Shown piece after piece: positions 1 to 11,040 of a stretch of 64,000 nt of DNA. Within the stretch, counting starts at the first letter, position 1. Every line of letters begins with the position of its first letter. The stretch is from Pelagomonas calceolata (lineage: Eukaryota). The DNA is taken from positions 3,596,001 through 3,660,000 of the forward strand of contig CAKKNE010000006.1 of NCBI GenBank assembly GCA_918797485.1, read 5' to 3'. Both the position numbers and the translations under genes were made by a program. Under the pieces are notes generated by a model. That model was not told the DNA's origin. It saw only the letters and a list, made by a program, of their open reading frames with translations, and ran no database searches.

Positions 1-1120
1 CGTGCGCGCGCTGGCAATATCTCATTTGAAGCCCGAGACCTACCGAGCGGTCGTCGACGCGGAGGAGGCGGACACGCGCCCCTGGATCAATTGGAGGGAG
101 ACGAAGAGCGACGGCCTGACGTACGGTGATCTGGACGCGCGCTTTCTGGAGCGGCCGCTGGAACCGAGGGATGTTGTTGATGACGTCGCCGTGAACCCGA
201 CGACTCACATTTCAAGGCGCGGCGCCTTTCTTCGCAAGAACCCGCAGAGGCAGCAGAAGCAGCAAGCACCACCCGGCAAGCCGCCCAAGCCGTCGACCTA
301 CGCGCCGTCCGCGCCACCTGCCGACTCTGAAGCGCTCCTGCAAGCTGTGTCGGACGCGTCCGACGAGGTAGAGACCGTCGGGGCCCTTGAGGCGCTCGCG
401 ACCGCGTGGGCGGACCGCAAGGGCCCCTGGCTGCCTCCTCTCGCCGACGCCGTCGCAAAAGTAGTGCCGCGAGATCGCCTCGAGGCCGCGGCCGCGACTT
501 TGGGGGAGGAGGGCTTGGCGGCGCGGCTCGCGCGGCGGGCCCTCGGCGGCGCGCCGCGGCCGCCCGCGCCGCCGCCGCCGCCCAAGGCCTTTCAGAGACG
601 TGCCAAGACGCCGGCGGCGCCGCCCGTCGACGCGACGCTGCCGCCGTGCGCGCTCTCCGGCGAACCGACCTGGGTCGACGACGACGTCGGCGCCGTGGCC
701 GCAGCCGTCGTTACGGCGAAGCGCGTCGCGTTCGACTGCGAATTTTCTGCTGTTCCGGATCGCGTGGCGACGATTCAAGTCGCTCTGGACGACGGCCGCG
801 TCTTTGTCGTCGACGGAACGCTGAACCTAGACCCGCTCGTCGACGCGTTGTCGGCGCGACGGGTCCTGGGCTACGGCGTCGGCGAGGATTTAAAGCGATT
901 ACCGCGCCGGGACTGGAGCGTCGACGACCTCCAAAGGCGCTTCCCGCGGCACAAGGCGCCTTCGTTGCAGCGCGTCGTCGCCGAGGTCCTGGGCGAGTAC
1001 GTCGACAAGGCCCTCCAGCGGTCGGACTGGGACTCTAGACCGCTGTCGTCCGAGCAGTTGCGGTACGCGGCGCTGGATGCGGCGGTGTTGTTGCGACTTG
1101 AGGCGGCGTTCGCGACTTGA
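1..1120 (+). CDS. 3'-5' exonuclease (DnaQ/WRN/EXD3-like), 5'-truncated by the window edge
   Basis: ExoI-like AFDCEF; ExoIII-like LQRSDWDSRPLSSEQLRYAALDA; open frame from the window start to TGA at 1118-1120. Confidence 0.85.
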   Translation, partial: VRALAISHLKPETYRAVVDAEEADTRPWINWRETKSDGLTYGDLDARFLERPLEPRDVVDDVAVNPTTHISRRGAFLRKNPQRQQKQQAPPGKPPKPSTYAPSAPPADSEALLQAVSDASDEVETVGALEALATAWADRKGPWLPPLADAVAKVVPRDRLEAAAATLGEEGLAARLARRALGGAPRPPAPPPPPKAFQRRAKTPAAPPVDATLPPCALSGEPTWVDDDVGAVAAAVVTAKRVAFDCEFSAVPDRVATIQVALDDGRVFVVDGTLNLDPLVDALSARRVLGYGVGEDLKRLPRRDWSVDDLQRRFPRHKAPSLQRVVAEVLGEYVDKALQRSDWDSRPLSSEQLRYAALDAAVLLRLEAAFAT

Positions 1121-1360
1121 GGTTTCTGTGTTATTCTGTTGTGTACTATTAAAACGAGATACGTAACTTTGGACTCGCGACAGGTATCCCAAAATACCCG
1201 CACTATCGAAAACCCCACTAGCCCCCCTGAGCTTGCACAGGCCCTCGCACGACTGCAACCGGCTCATACGCCGCACCTGTTGCCGTGCAAACAGAGAAGC
1301 GACTAGAAATAGCTCGCAAGTAGCCCCGGAATCCAAAGCAGCCTCTAAAAGCGCTCAACA

Positions 1361-1717
1361 ATGGTCCGCATTATCGCTGCAGCTCTCCTGGGCTCTGCCG
1401 CCGCATTTGCGCCGAGCGCGGCCCCTACGGCCACGCGCACGGTGGTCTTCGCCGGCGAGGACTACGCCAGCATGGACGGCCCGGCGCTCGCGGCCGCCAT
1501 CGACGGCAAGCGCAAGGAGTTGTTCGACATGCGCCTCGAGAACCGGCAGGGCCGCCAGAAGACGACGTTCAAGAGCAACGTCGTGCGCAACCTCAAGAAG
1601 GACATCGCGCGCATGATGCCCTTCCTCGAGGCGAAGCAGGCGTCGGGCTCGCCGAACGTCGCGCTGCGCGAGCAGGCGAAAGGACGCCGAGCGCGCAAGG
1701 AGAAGGTGGAGGCCTAG
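1361..1717 (+). CDS. rpl29: Nuclear-encoded plastid 50S ribosomal protein L29
   Basis: Signal peptide ending AAA-FAP; L29-like core KRKELFDMRL...NVVRNLKKDIARM. Confidence 0.8.
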   Translation: MVRIIAAALLGSAAAFAPSAAPTATRTVVFAGEDYASMDGPALAAAIDGKRKELFDMRLENRQGRQKTTFKSNVVRNLKKDIARMMPFLEAKQASGSPNVALREQAKGRRARKEKVEA

Positions 1718-1822
1718 GCGTTCTGAGGCGTGCGCGGCGGCGCGTGAAGTAATACGTTCTCTTGTTATCAGCCATATCCAGGCCAGGCGTGTACACGTGG
1801 CGGCGGTTATATATCACTCAAC

Positions 1823-4669
1823 TTAGATCTCGTTCACCGCCCCGCACTCCGTGCACGTGAACTGCGCTCCCGGCTCGGCCCCGCGGACCTGCATTTGTGC
1901 ACCGCACGCGCCGCACGAGAAGAGGTCCCCCGCCTCTTCTACTGCCGGTGGAGGCGGCGGTGCCGGCGCGGGAGCCGCCGGCCGCGCGTACGGCGCCGAG
2001 CCGAGGGACCCGCGCATGGAGTGCGCGTAGGGCGGCGGTGCTGGCGGCGGCGCGGGCGGCACGTAGCGCCGCGCCTGCGGTTCATAGTCCTGCCGCGGCG
2101 GCGGCGCGTAGGACGGCGCCCTAGTTTGCTGCTGCATCACGGGGCGACCGTACTCGTCTACACTTGGTTCGGAAGCGTAGGCCGGCGGCGGCGGCGGTTG
2201 CGGTTGCCGGTAGGGTGCCTGGGACGGCCTTCCATATTGATCGTACTGCACGGCGGGCTGCGAATACGTCGGCGTGTCGTAGACCGCGGGCGCGCGCCGC
2301 CGCGCCGCGCGCGCGTGCTCCTCGGCCTGGAGGCGCCGCGCGAGCGCGGCGTCGGCGTCCTCCTGGACCTTTCTATCCGTCTCTGGTGAATGGGGAGGCG
2401 CCGGAACCTCTTCGTCCTCGCCGAACAGGGAGCCCCAGAAGCTCTGTTGCGGCGGCGGCGCGGGCGCTGGAGTCCGCGCTAACCTCTCAGCTAACGCCGC
2501 GTCCGTGCGCTGCCTTGATAATTCGGCGTACGAGTTCGACTTGCGCCTTTCTTCCTCTCGTTGCAACCGCTTCGCGAGCTCCTCGTCCTCCTGCAGTCTT
2601 TGTAACCGCGTCACCACATCTGGCGAGACGCCGACGCCGTGGGACCTCGCTAGTAAAATTTCCCTTTCATCTTCAGCAGCGGAAGAGGTAGACACTCTCC
2701 GGTCCTCCTCCTCGGACTTTTGTTGCCGTAGCTCCGCCGTGTCCCGCGCGACCGCCGCGAAGAAGTCCTCGTTCTCGACTTGTGCGGGTGCCTCCGCGGC
2801 CGCCGCTAGAGCATTTCTCTTCTGGTCATCTACTACGAGCCGAGCCAGCGTCCTGCAAACAATTCTAGCCTCCTCATCCGAAGATAATAAGTCGGCGAGG
2901 GCCGACCGCATACCTGAAGCGGTCAGATCGCCGGCCGCGTAGCGCCGCGTCCCCTGGACGAGTTCGGGCAGTCGTTCACTTCTATTGAGTTGGTCTAGTC
3001 TCGCGCGCACGCGGCGCACCGCATCTCTCTGGAGCTCCGCCGCTTCGTTGCCCGTCGCGAGCGTCGATTTTTCTGGAGACGGCTCAACAACCTTCTCGAG
3101 GTACGTTGTGGGCACGGCGCCCGACCTGCCTTCGTAGAGACACTCGGTCCAGCCATCCGCATGATCTTTGATGGCTTCGACGATATCCCCCTCCTTGACG
3201 GACATCTGCCAATTTTCAGCCGCGGCGAAGGCCGCGACCGCGCGGCGCGGCTCGGTTTCCTGGGAAACCTTGGTCTCCTCGGCCGCCGCTTGTTGCGCCT
3301 TCTTCTCGGCCTCGAGGGCGGCCAATTGCCGCTCCCACTCGGCCTCGCCGGCCGCGGCGGACTCCGGCTCTTCCTGGGTCGCCGCGGGTGCCTCCTCGGC
3401 CGCCGCGGCCGCCGCCGCCGGTTCCAGGGGCTCGGCCGGCTCCGCCGCCGTCGTGGATTCGGCGGCCTTCCAGACGATGCCCGTGCAGCCCTTCCGGTAG
3501 GCGCCGAAGACGCGGCCGGGCGGCGGTTTGTCTTCCGTGTACGGGCCGCCGGGCTTTCCGTCGGCGTCGTAGCCCGCTTGAGCTCGCTCGTCGGCGGCTG
3601 CCTGCGCGCCTGCCACGGCATCAGTGGGCAGGACGTTGCTTTGGGGGATGATATCAGGTGCCGTGAGCTCCTCTATCATTTCGCGCGACGCGTCCGCGAA
3701 CGCCACTGGCGTAAATAAAGAGGGGTCGGCGGGAACGGTAGGCTCGGGCGTCGCCGGCCGCGGCGTGAAGAGGGCCGGGTCCGCGGGGACCGTCGGCGTC
3801 GGCGTCGAGGGCTCCTCCGGCGTTTCCGCTGCTGGCGCTTCCGGCTTTGGCGCTTCTGGCCCGGCGTCGGCGGCCTCCGGCGCGGGCGGCGCCGGCGCAG
3901 GCTCGTCGGCGCTTCCGGCGCTTCCGGCGCGCCGGCGGCCCTTCTTCTTCTTTTTCTTCTTCTTCTTGGCGTCGGCGGCGGGCGCGGGCGCCGGCGGCGC
4001 CTCCACCGTCGGCGGCTCTTCGGCGGGCGCCGGCGCTTGCGCGGGTGGCTCCGGCACAGGCGGCTCCGGCGTCGGCGCTTCCGGCGCGGCTGGCGCTTCG
4101 GTCGGCGCCGGCGGGGAGGGCTCCGGCGTGGGCGGCTCAGGCGTGGGCTCTTCCACGGCCGGCGCAGAGGGCTCGGGCGCCGCGGGCGCGGGCGGCGCCG
4201 GCACGGGCTCTTCGGTTGCAGGCGCGGGCGCCGCTGCGACGGCCGCAGGGAGTTCCGCGGGCGGCGCGGGCGCCACAGGCTCCGGCGCGGGCGCTGCGAC
4301 GGCCGCGGGCTCCGGCGCGGCCGCGCCCCCGTTCGGAGAGTCCGCGCCGAGCACCTCCACGACCCCGGCGCCGCGCGCCGCTTTCAGTAAGGAACGCCTT
4401 CTATCATCATTCTTCACGAGCCGCGCGAGAGACGGTAGTAACTTGAGCGACCGCTGCTCGCCAAACAGATCCGCCAGCGTGAGCAAAAACGAATCAGCAT
4501 CCAGGTCTCCCTTGCCATAGGCGCCGGCCGCTCTTATAAACTCTGGCAACCTCTCGGCTTTATTGTCTTTTTGGAGCTGCTTGGTCACGCCGTCGATGAC
4601 GAAGGCCTGGAAGGCCTGGGCCTCGTGGGCCGCGACGGGCGGCACGTCTTCTGGTATTCCGGCGGCCAT
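1823..4669 (-). CDS. Pro/Ala/Glu-rich SH3-domain adaptor with duplicated helical domain, MIU/UIM-like motifs and C-terminal zinc ribbon
   Basis: SH3 (AVAAFAAAENWQMSVKEGDIV...GWTECLYEGRSGAVPTTYLE); EDEELAKRLQREEE and EDADAALARRLQAEE; CGACG...CTECG. Confidence 0.75.
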   Translation of the reverse strand: MAAGIPEDVPPVAAHEAQAFQAFVIDGVTKQLQKDNKAERLPEFIRAAGAYGKGDLDADSFLLTLADLFGEQRSLKLLPSLARLVKNDDRRRSLLKAARGAGVVEVLGADSPNGGAAAPEPAAVAAPAPEPVAPAPPAELPAAVAAAPAPATEEPVPAPPAPAAPEPSAPAVEEPTPEPPTPEPSPPAPTEAPAAPEAPTPEPPVPEPPAQAPAPAEEPPTVEAPPAPAPAADAKKKKKKKKKGRRRAGSAGSADEPAPAPPAPEAADAGPEAPKPEAPAAETPEEPSTPTPTVPADPALFTPRPATPEPTVPADPSLFTPVAFADASREMIEELTAPDIIPQSNVLPTDAVAGAQAAADERAQAGYDADGKPGGPYTEDKPPPGRVFGAYRKGCTGIVWKAAESTTAAEPAEPLEPAAAAAAAEEAPAATQEEPESAAAGEAEWERQLAALEAEKKAQQAAAEETKVSQETEPRRAVAAFAAAENWQMSVKEGDIVEAIKDHADGWTECLYEGRSGAVPTTYLEKVVEPSPEKSTLATGNEAAELQRDAVRRVRARLDQLNRSERLPELVQGTRRYAAGDLTASGMRSALADLLSSDEEARIVCRTLARLVVDDQKRNALAAAAEAPAQVENEDFFAAVARDTAELRQQKSEEEDRRVSTSSAAEDEREILLARSHGVGVSPDVVTRLQRLQEDEELAKRLQREEERRKSNSYAELSRQRTDAALAERLARTPAPAPPPQQSFWGSLFGEDEEVPAPPHSPETDRKVQEDADAALARRLQAEEHARAARRRAPAVYDTPTYSQPAVQYDQYGRPSQAPYRQPQPPPPPAYASEPSVDEYGRPVMQQQTRAPSYAPPPRQDYEPQARRYVPPAPPPAPPPYAHSMRGSLGSAPYARPAAPAPAPPPPPAVEEAGDLFSCGACGAQMQVRGAEPGAQFTCTECGAVNEI

Positions 4670-5120
4670 CGCTGCTTGCTTGGCTTCTAGAGGCCGCGTC
4701 GGCTCTGACGCGTGTGGAATTTGCGCAGTGGTGGAGGGTCGAATGAGCCCAGCGCTGCGTTTGCGCGAGTTTCACGCCTAGCACGGGCTGGTGGCGCTGC
4801 AACGAGTCGTATACTCAACAACTGCGCCGCTGCCTTGCGCTCACAGGCCTCCGAAATTACGATTTCGCAAGCCTCTCCGCTTGTTGCTTGGGCTAGTGTC
4901 GGACTACGCTAGCTATCAGAGCTCCGCGCCGCTGTAAACGCGTGCGCTAGTCATCGCCACTGCGCACCACTCCGTCAAACTACAGCTCTATATAAGCCAC
5001 AAGGACCACGCTCGAAAATCTGGTGAGAATCGACGCGGCAGTCACATTTTACGCCCCGCCGCCGCGACGCGCCACAGCGCAACCATAATAACAGCGCGGA
5101 GCGGTAAAACCACGCAAAAG

Positions 5121-7213
5121 ATGGCGACAACCAACGGCAGCCCGTCCATCCACAGCGCACCCTGCGTCGCCCTCCAACTCAAGGCCGCGAGCTGGTCCTC
5201 GGACGCCGACGAAATCTCAGCCTTTGAAACAAGAGCCGCAGAAGCGGCCTCGCGCTTCGGCCGCGTCCTAGATGTGCGACTCGCGAATGGTAGTGGCACC
5301 ACGCGAACTGTAAGAATCTACTTCGCGGACGTCTCAGGAGCCGTCTGCTGCGCCACCCGTTTCACGTGCAACGGCGTGACCCGAGAAAACTATACCTACG
5401 AGAACATGGAGCCGCCGTCCCTAGTGACGTTCCGGGATCTTCCGAAGCCGAAGGACGCGTCGGAGTTGGCGCGAGACGTCGGCGTCGAGTGCGGGGAATT
5501 CGGAAGGGTATTAGACGCGCGATACGTCGACGACACGGTCGTGATCAGCTTCTCCACGCCGTCAGGCGCCGCGGCGGCGTCCATAGCGTTGGATGGGGCG
5601 GCCTTTGACGGGTACCGGTGCGCGGCGTTTTTCGGTAATAAATCAGAAGAGCCGTGCTGTGTCCTGCGAGGGCCCCTAGATGGTATCGATGATGATTTGT
5701 CCCAGATGGAGGTCGTGGGAGATGTCGAGGAGGCCTGCGCGATGCTAGGTGAAGTGCGGAGCGTCTCTTCTAGAGATGGAGCTATCTTGATCGCCTATGA
5801 TGAAAATAGGGGCGCGGCGGCCTGCGCGAGGACGATGCACGGTCGCGTGTTCGACGGGCGGGAGGTGAGTGCGACGGCGGCGCTACGGGGCGGGTATGAA
5901 GCGGAGGCCGAGCTTTGCGCCGCCGTAGTCAATGCATTGGAAGTGAAGCCTCCGGAACGGCCCATCGAGAAGAAGAAGGAGCTCACGAAGGAGGACACGC
6001 TCAAGAAGGCCATCCAGGCCCTGAGGAAGGCCGTGCTAGCGTCGCCGTCCGATGTCCAACTCAGAAACAACCTAGCTGGTGCCCTTACACGTATTGGAGG
6101 AGTGGGAGAACTAGAAGAGGCCTGTCGCCACGCGACCCACGCGACGCGCCTGAAACCGGACGACGCCTGGGGCCACTATAGATTGGGCGTGGCCCGCTTT
6201 CAGAAAGGTGCTGACTCAGTGTAGATTTTGAACTCGAACTTGACGTGGTCGCGTCGATGGCGTCCTCGCGATGCTGCGTCGCCTCGACGCCGTCGACGCG
6301 GCCGCACGAGAGTCTACGCGTCTCGCGAGAGAGTCGCGGTCGTGTCGCGACGGTGTTACTCACAGGTGACGTGGCCAAGGCGCAAACGGCTCTCAGACTT
6401 GCAGCGTCACTCGCGCCCGACCGAGCTGATTTCGCAGAAATAGCCGCGAAGGCCGACGAAGCAGCATTAGCGTTGCTCGACCCGATGGACGCCTTCGCGG
6501 CCCAAGCAGAAGCGGAAGCGAAGAAGGCCCTCGTCGACTCCGAGGCCAAAGCGAAGCGGGAGAAGGAGACGCAGCGGTTCGGCAAAGGTAAAAGAAAGCT
6601 GGAAGACGATAGTGATGACGAGGGCGAGTTGTTGAATGTGAACTCGCGGGCGCATTGCTACATCTGCAAGCAGTGGGGCCACTCCAAGAAGGACTGTCCG
6701 TTAGCGAGGTGTCAATACTGCCATGAAATAGGTCACAGAAAATCAGATTGTCCCTTGTTTACGCAAGCCTTACAAAACGCGGCCGAGGAAGAAAAGAAGG
6801 CTCGGCGCAAGCAGGGCTACGAGAAGAAAAAATTAAGGAGGAAGGAGGAGTGGACGAAGATGCTGCGCGAGCAGACGGGCGTCGACGGCTTCGCGGCGCT
6901 CTACCGTGTCTTGGGGTTGCCTGAACGTAAATTAGCGACTGCCTCGGAGATAAAGAAGGCGTACCACAAGCGCTCATTAGCGTATCATCCTGATAAACAT
7001 CCGGACGATCCGGATGGTGCTAAAGAAAGGTTCCTGGAGATCAAAGCTGCGTATGAGTTATTGTTAGAAGGCATGGAAACGGGCGGGGCGGGCCTGGGCG
7101 GGGCCGTGTTCTCTGCCGGTGAATTGACCGATGCTGCCGCGGCGTCTGCCTTGCAAAAAAAGGTGAAGGCGCTGGAGAAGAAGGTGAAGGCGTCGGCGGC
7201 GTGGAGCGGGTAA
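5121..7213 (+). CDS. RRM/UHM-like repeats + TPR + two CCHC zinc knuckles + J-domain protein; join(5121..6207,6366..7213)
   Basis: GT-AG intron 6208-6365 joins the frames as RFQK-G-DVAK; CYICKQWGHSKKDC and CQYCHEIGHRKSDC; YHPDKH J-domain motif. Confidence 0.8.
6208..6365 (+). mobile_element. Repeated intron, family B (introner-like), 158 nt
   Basis: GT...CACAG; clear similarity to the intron at 44094-44331 in an unrelated gene. Confidence 0.7.
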
Positions 7214-7385
7214 GTAGTCTTAGTGTCGAAGCGCGGCGGTGCTTCGACGCGTAAGCCGAGGAGTGGCGCGTGCGAGTCTACCTCGTGGGGCTCGCTCGGG
7301 GGGGGCTCTTGGCGAAGGTCGCCGACCCTGATTTTCAAATTTAGCGTCCCCAAAACCGTACTAGCTACTACTTGCGGGACCCCTC

Positions 7386-9137
7386 TCAGTGTGCCTGGAG
7401 CAAAGATTGTCTCTTGCTGTCCCTGGCAAAGGTCAGGACGCGCTTGGTGCCAGCTGTCGCTCGGAACTCGGCGACGATGTCGCTGCCTGTGCGAAGGCTG
7501 CCGCAGTAGAACTCCCGCCCGGGCGCTCTGATGCTGACGAGCCGATCGCCGACCGAGACACGGCCCGCGAGCGGGCTCGACGCCGACACGCTGATGACCT
7601 GGTGTCCGGTGCCGGTCTCAAAGCGGAGTCCGAGTCTCCCGGGCGGCGCCTCGACCTCCACGCCGCCCGGGGGGATGATGCCAACTGATGCCGCCTCGAC
7701 GACCTCGCCCTCCCGGGGTGCTCGGGTGCTAGAGTTCCCGAGCGACGCGAGTTCCGCGCGGCGGTCGGCGAGCTTGCGCGAGTACTCATCTACACTCCCT
7801 GGTTCATCTTCTTGCTTGGCCTTGGCTAATTTGTGCTCAAGTTTTTCTATCTCCTCCAATAAATAAGCCTTGTAGAAAATGAATTTGCGCACGTCAATAG
7901 CCACAAGGTTAAGGATCACCAAAGTTGGGAAGGTCGATGCGGCGACGAGGATCACACCAAACCAGGGCACCTCTGTTGCCAAGGCCAGCGCAACGACTGC
8001 GCATGCTCCGACGATAGGCCCACCGATTGCAAGTGCTTGCCATTTTGTATACTCCAACGCGACTGGCACCATCATGAGCGACATGTTGACGTATAGCGCG
8101 GCGATGGAGAGCACGGTGAACCAGTACAGGCCTGAGGGGCAAGACGAATGGGAGCCAGATATGTCGATGTTGATTGTGATGACCAACCCGAGGATAATCC
8201 ACACCCAATGGATGACGAGCAGGTAGAACGTGACTTGTCTGTGGAACCGTGCCTTCCTTTCATCCTCGGTTCCTTTCAGGAAGATGACGAAGTAAGCCAT
8301 GATGAAAGCCTTCCAGCAAAAGCTGGTCAGGTTCCAGATAGCCAAGCCAAACGGAGCAGCATTGGATGAGCACTTTGAATCGTCGTCCAGGAACACGATC
8401 CCCATCGTCAACTGCGCGATGAGCCAAGCGATGATGGCGCACATTATTCCCTTAAAAATAGGGCTTCCTCCCACGGCTGAAGCTATGACTGTGAGCCACA
8501 GTGGCGCGGTGCGGTCGCCTGGGACAACGGCGAGGGGGCCCAGGAGGCGGCGTTCGTGCCCAACGGCCGAGTGGACAAAGTCGGTGTTGGGCCACGCCAC
8601 GAGGCGGCCTGGGACGACGGGCACCTCGCGCGCAGCCGGGCCAGAGCCGAGCACTAGTGCGCCGTCTCCGCCGAGGTAGACGATGGCGATGTATCCACCC
8701 CGGTAAGCCTCCTTGTTGGCATCCAGCTGCCTGGTGGCATCCAGGCTTTGTGCCCATGGCGCCGCACTCTGGGGCTCGTCCCGGTGCTCCGCGGTGGGGC
8801 CGTGCATGACTCGCGCGGGCAGCCATTCTTGCTGTGGCGCGCCTCCTTCCGTGGCCTCAATGGGGACAAGTCCCAGCGAGGCGTCAATCTCCGAGCGAAG
8901 CCGGTCGGCAACGGCGGGCACGTTGATGAGGAACTGTCGCTTGGCGGGGCAAGTGGCGGTCTGCTGATCGCCGCGCTCTTGTTCGAGGCGGTCTAGCTGG
9001 GTGAGAGCATCAGAAATCTCCGCCTCGTCGAGGAAGTTGTCTACGATGAGAATCCCGGCGGGCGGACGGCTGATGTCGAGCGGCTGCTTCGCCTCGTGTG
9101 TGGCCGCGGCCACGCTGTGCTCGGTCCCAGCGGCCAT
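7386..9137 (-). CDS. 2OG-Fe(II) oxygenase-like domain + multi-pass membrane region + C-terminal PDZ-like domain
   Basis: First ATG 9137; IVDNFLDEAE, EHRDE (HxD), YLG...GRLVAWPN..FVHSA; several hydrophobic helices; APPGRLGLRF...SPLAGRVSVGDRLVSI. Confidence 0.6.
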   Translation of the reverse strand: MAAGTEHSVAAATHEAKQPLDISRPPAGILIVDNFLDEAEISDALTQLDRLEQERGDQQTATCPAKRQFLINVPAVADRLRSEIDASLGLVPIEATEGGAPQQEWLPARVMHGPTAEHRDEPQSAAPWAQSLDATRQLDANKEAYRGGYIAIVYLGGDGALVLGSGPAAREVPVVPGRLVAWPNTDFVHSAVGHERRLLGPLAVVPGDRTAPLWLTVIASAVGGSPIFKGIMCAIIAWLIAQLTMGIVFLDDDSKCSSNAAPFGLAIWNLTSFCWKAFIMAYFVIFLKGTEDERKARFHRQVTFYLLVIHWVWIILGLVITINIDISGSHSSCPSGLYWFTVLSIAALYVNMSLMMVPVALEYTKWQALAIGGPIVGACAVVALALATEVPWFGVILVAASTFPTLVILNLVAIDVRKFIFYKAYLLEEIEKLEHKLAKAKQEDEPGSVDEYSRKLADRRAELASLGNSSTRAPREGEVVEAASVGIIPPGGVEVEAPPGRLGLRFETGTGHQVISVSASSPLAGRVSVGDRLVSIRAPGREFYCGSLRTGSDIVAEFRATAGTKRVLTFARDSKRQSLLQAH

Positions 9138-9485
9138 GGGCTGGGCGGGGCTGCCCCCGGATTTGGCAGCAAATGGGAGAGCCAGGATTTGCAAAGACGG
9201 ACGAGCTCGGTCGCGCGGGACCGCTGTTCTCTGGGAGCTCTGGAGTAAGCGTTCACAGAGGTAAACAAAGCTGCACCATCGACGAGAGCTAGCGGCCTGT
9301 AGGACACTAGGAATGGCACAGCAAGTTTTGCAGGCCAGCCACACACGCGCAGCCGTGCGACGAGGGGGCCTAGACCACTCTTTTGATCGATTTCACTGTG
9401 CTTTCCACGCGTTCGGCAATTGGAGCAGCATTTAAGTACAGCATGGTTGAGCAGTAGGAGACTGCCAGCACAGCACTGCAAACAA

Positions 9486-10921
9486 ATGCGGGACGACGAG
9501 GAAACCAGCGCGGCATCGAAACCACCACCGCAGCAAGCGAGCTGCGGCGCCCGCCACCTCATCGTGACCCTCGCCTTCACGACGAGTTGCTGTTTGAGTG
9601 GCGTCGTCTTCGGCTGGCCGGCGCTCGCCGTCGCGCTTAAACGAGAAGGCGCCTACGCCGACAAATGTGCCGACGACGACGACGAATGCAAGTCGCAGGA
9701 GGTGGCGCTCGCGCGCGTCTTCACGATCGGTGTGCTATGTATGTTCGGGGCGCGCCTGCCCGTGGGGTTAGCTCTGGACAGATTGGGAGCCCGGGTCACG
9801 GTCGTCATCACATTGCTAGGCGCGGCCATCGGAGCGTTACTGTTCGCCTCCAAATATTACGCCGTGGGGTTTGCGCTGATCACGGGGTGCGCGAACGGCG
9901 TGCACGTCGGCTCGATGCACCTCGCGCAGCTCTTTTCGGGACGGGAGGGCTCGGTGACGACGATCTTCAATGGGGCGCACCAGATGGGGTCCCTTGTTTT
10001 TTTGGCCTTCCTCGGGATCTATGGCAGTGGCGTCTCACTATCAAGTATCTTCCGGGGCTATGCGGCGTGTCTGGCGGGCTTCGCTCTGTTGCATGGTTGC
10101 GTGATTCAACCATCAACACGATACCGCAAGGGCGACCACGTATCGCTCACGTGTGCTGTGCCGTGCTTGCGGGCCCACCAGTCAGTTGATGAAGAAAACA
10201 AGCCCGGCTTCGTCGCGTCGGCAAAAGCTGTCATCAAACACACCGTGTTCGTACCGTTGCTGGCGTACAAGGCCACGATCTTGCTGAGTCTGCAGTTCTT
10301 CGTCGCTATGTTACAACCGCGCTGAGCGGAAGACGGCCGCGCTCCATCAATCGCGCGGGACATGGTCATCATCTTCAACGTCTTTTCAGCGGTATTGGGA
10401 CTGGTCGTGGGCCTGCCGGTCTTCGGCCGCATCCTCGACCGCGGCGACACGATCACGGTGTCCCGCTGCGCGACATTGTTAGCCGTTATCTACGACTGCT
10501 TACTCGCGTTGAGCACTGTGTGGAATCTGCACGCCATCGTCGATGGGGCGCCCCAAAAAATAGATTTCCACGCAGGCTGAGCGACGCCCTGGCCTGGCCT
10601 CTGCTCTATGATATCCCGTCCTACGGCGCCTGGGCGTTGGGACGCATGGCCTTCTTCGCGTACTTCTTCGCGCACGTCCTGAAGACGTTCGAGGGCAACT
10701 TCGGCGTCGCCGTGGGCCTGCTGTCGTTCGGCGCGAGCGTCACGGCGTTTTTGATCGTGCAGCCGCTCGCGGCGGTGGCGTTGCGGGAGGACAAGATTGC
10801 GGTCGTGTCTGCGGCGCTGATACCCGTACTCCTAATGACGTGCGCGTGGAACGAGCGGGCGATGCGGCGGCACGCCGCGGCGACGACGGACGACGCCCCG
10901 AGTCGCGGCGATGGCGTATGA
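9486..10921 (+). CDS. MFS transporter (SLC43/FMP42-like) with an in-frame TGA at 10323-10325; join(9486..10507,10576..10921); possible pseudogene
   Basis: SGVVFGWPAL...LKREGAY, GLALDRLGAR; same frame resumes after the TGA; intron 10508-10575 restores LLALSDAL. Confidence 0.7.
10508..10575 (+). mobile_element. Introner family A, 68 nt, GT-AG
   Basis: TSD gttgagca / gctgagcg; ends ctgtgtggaatct...agatttccacgcag; frame restored. Confidence 0.85.
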
Positions 10922-11040
10922 GCTCTACTACGCCATCGCGGCGGCGCTTGTATTTTGTATAACGTTGTTGGTTGTCTAGGCTACTCGGCGCCGTCGCCGC
11001 GACATGTAGGTTGTATAAATGTTGTTAGTTGTCTACTCCT

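Noticed and set aside
3624..4520. Long antisense and alternative-frame ORFs (e.g. 3624-4520, 48637-49704, 58849-59859)
   Set aside because: Shadow ORFs of GC-rich coding sequence; Arg/Ala/Pro-rich, no motifs, overlapping better-supported genes
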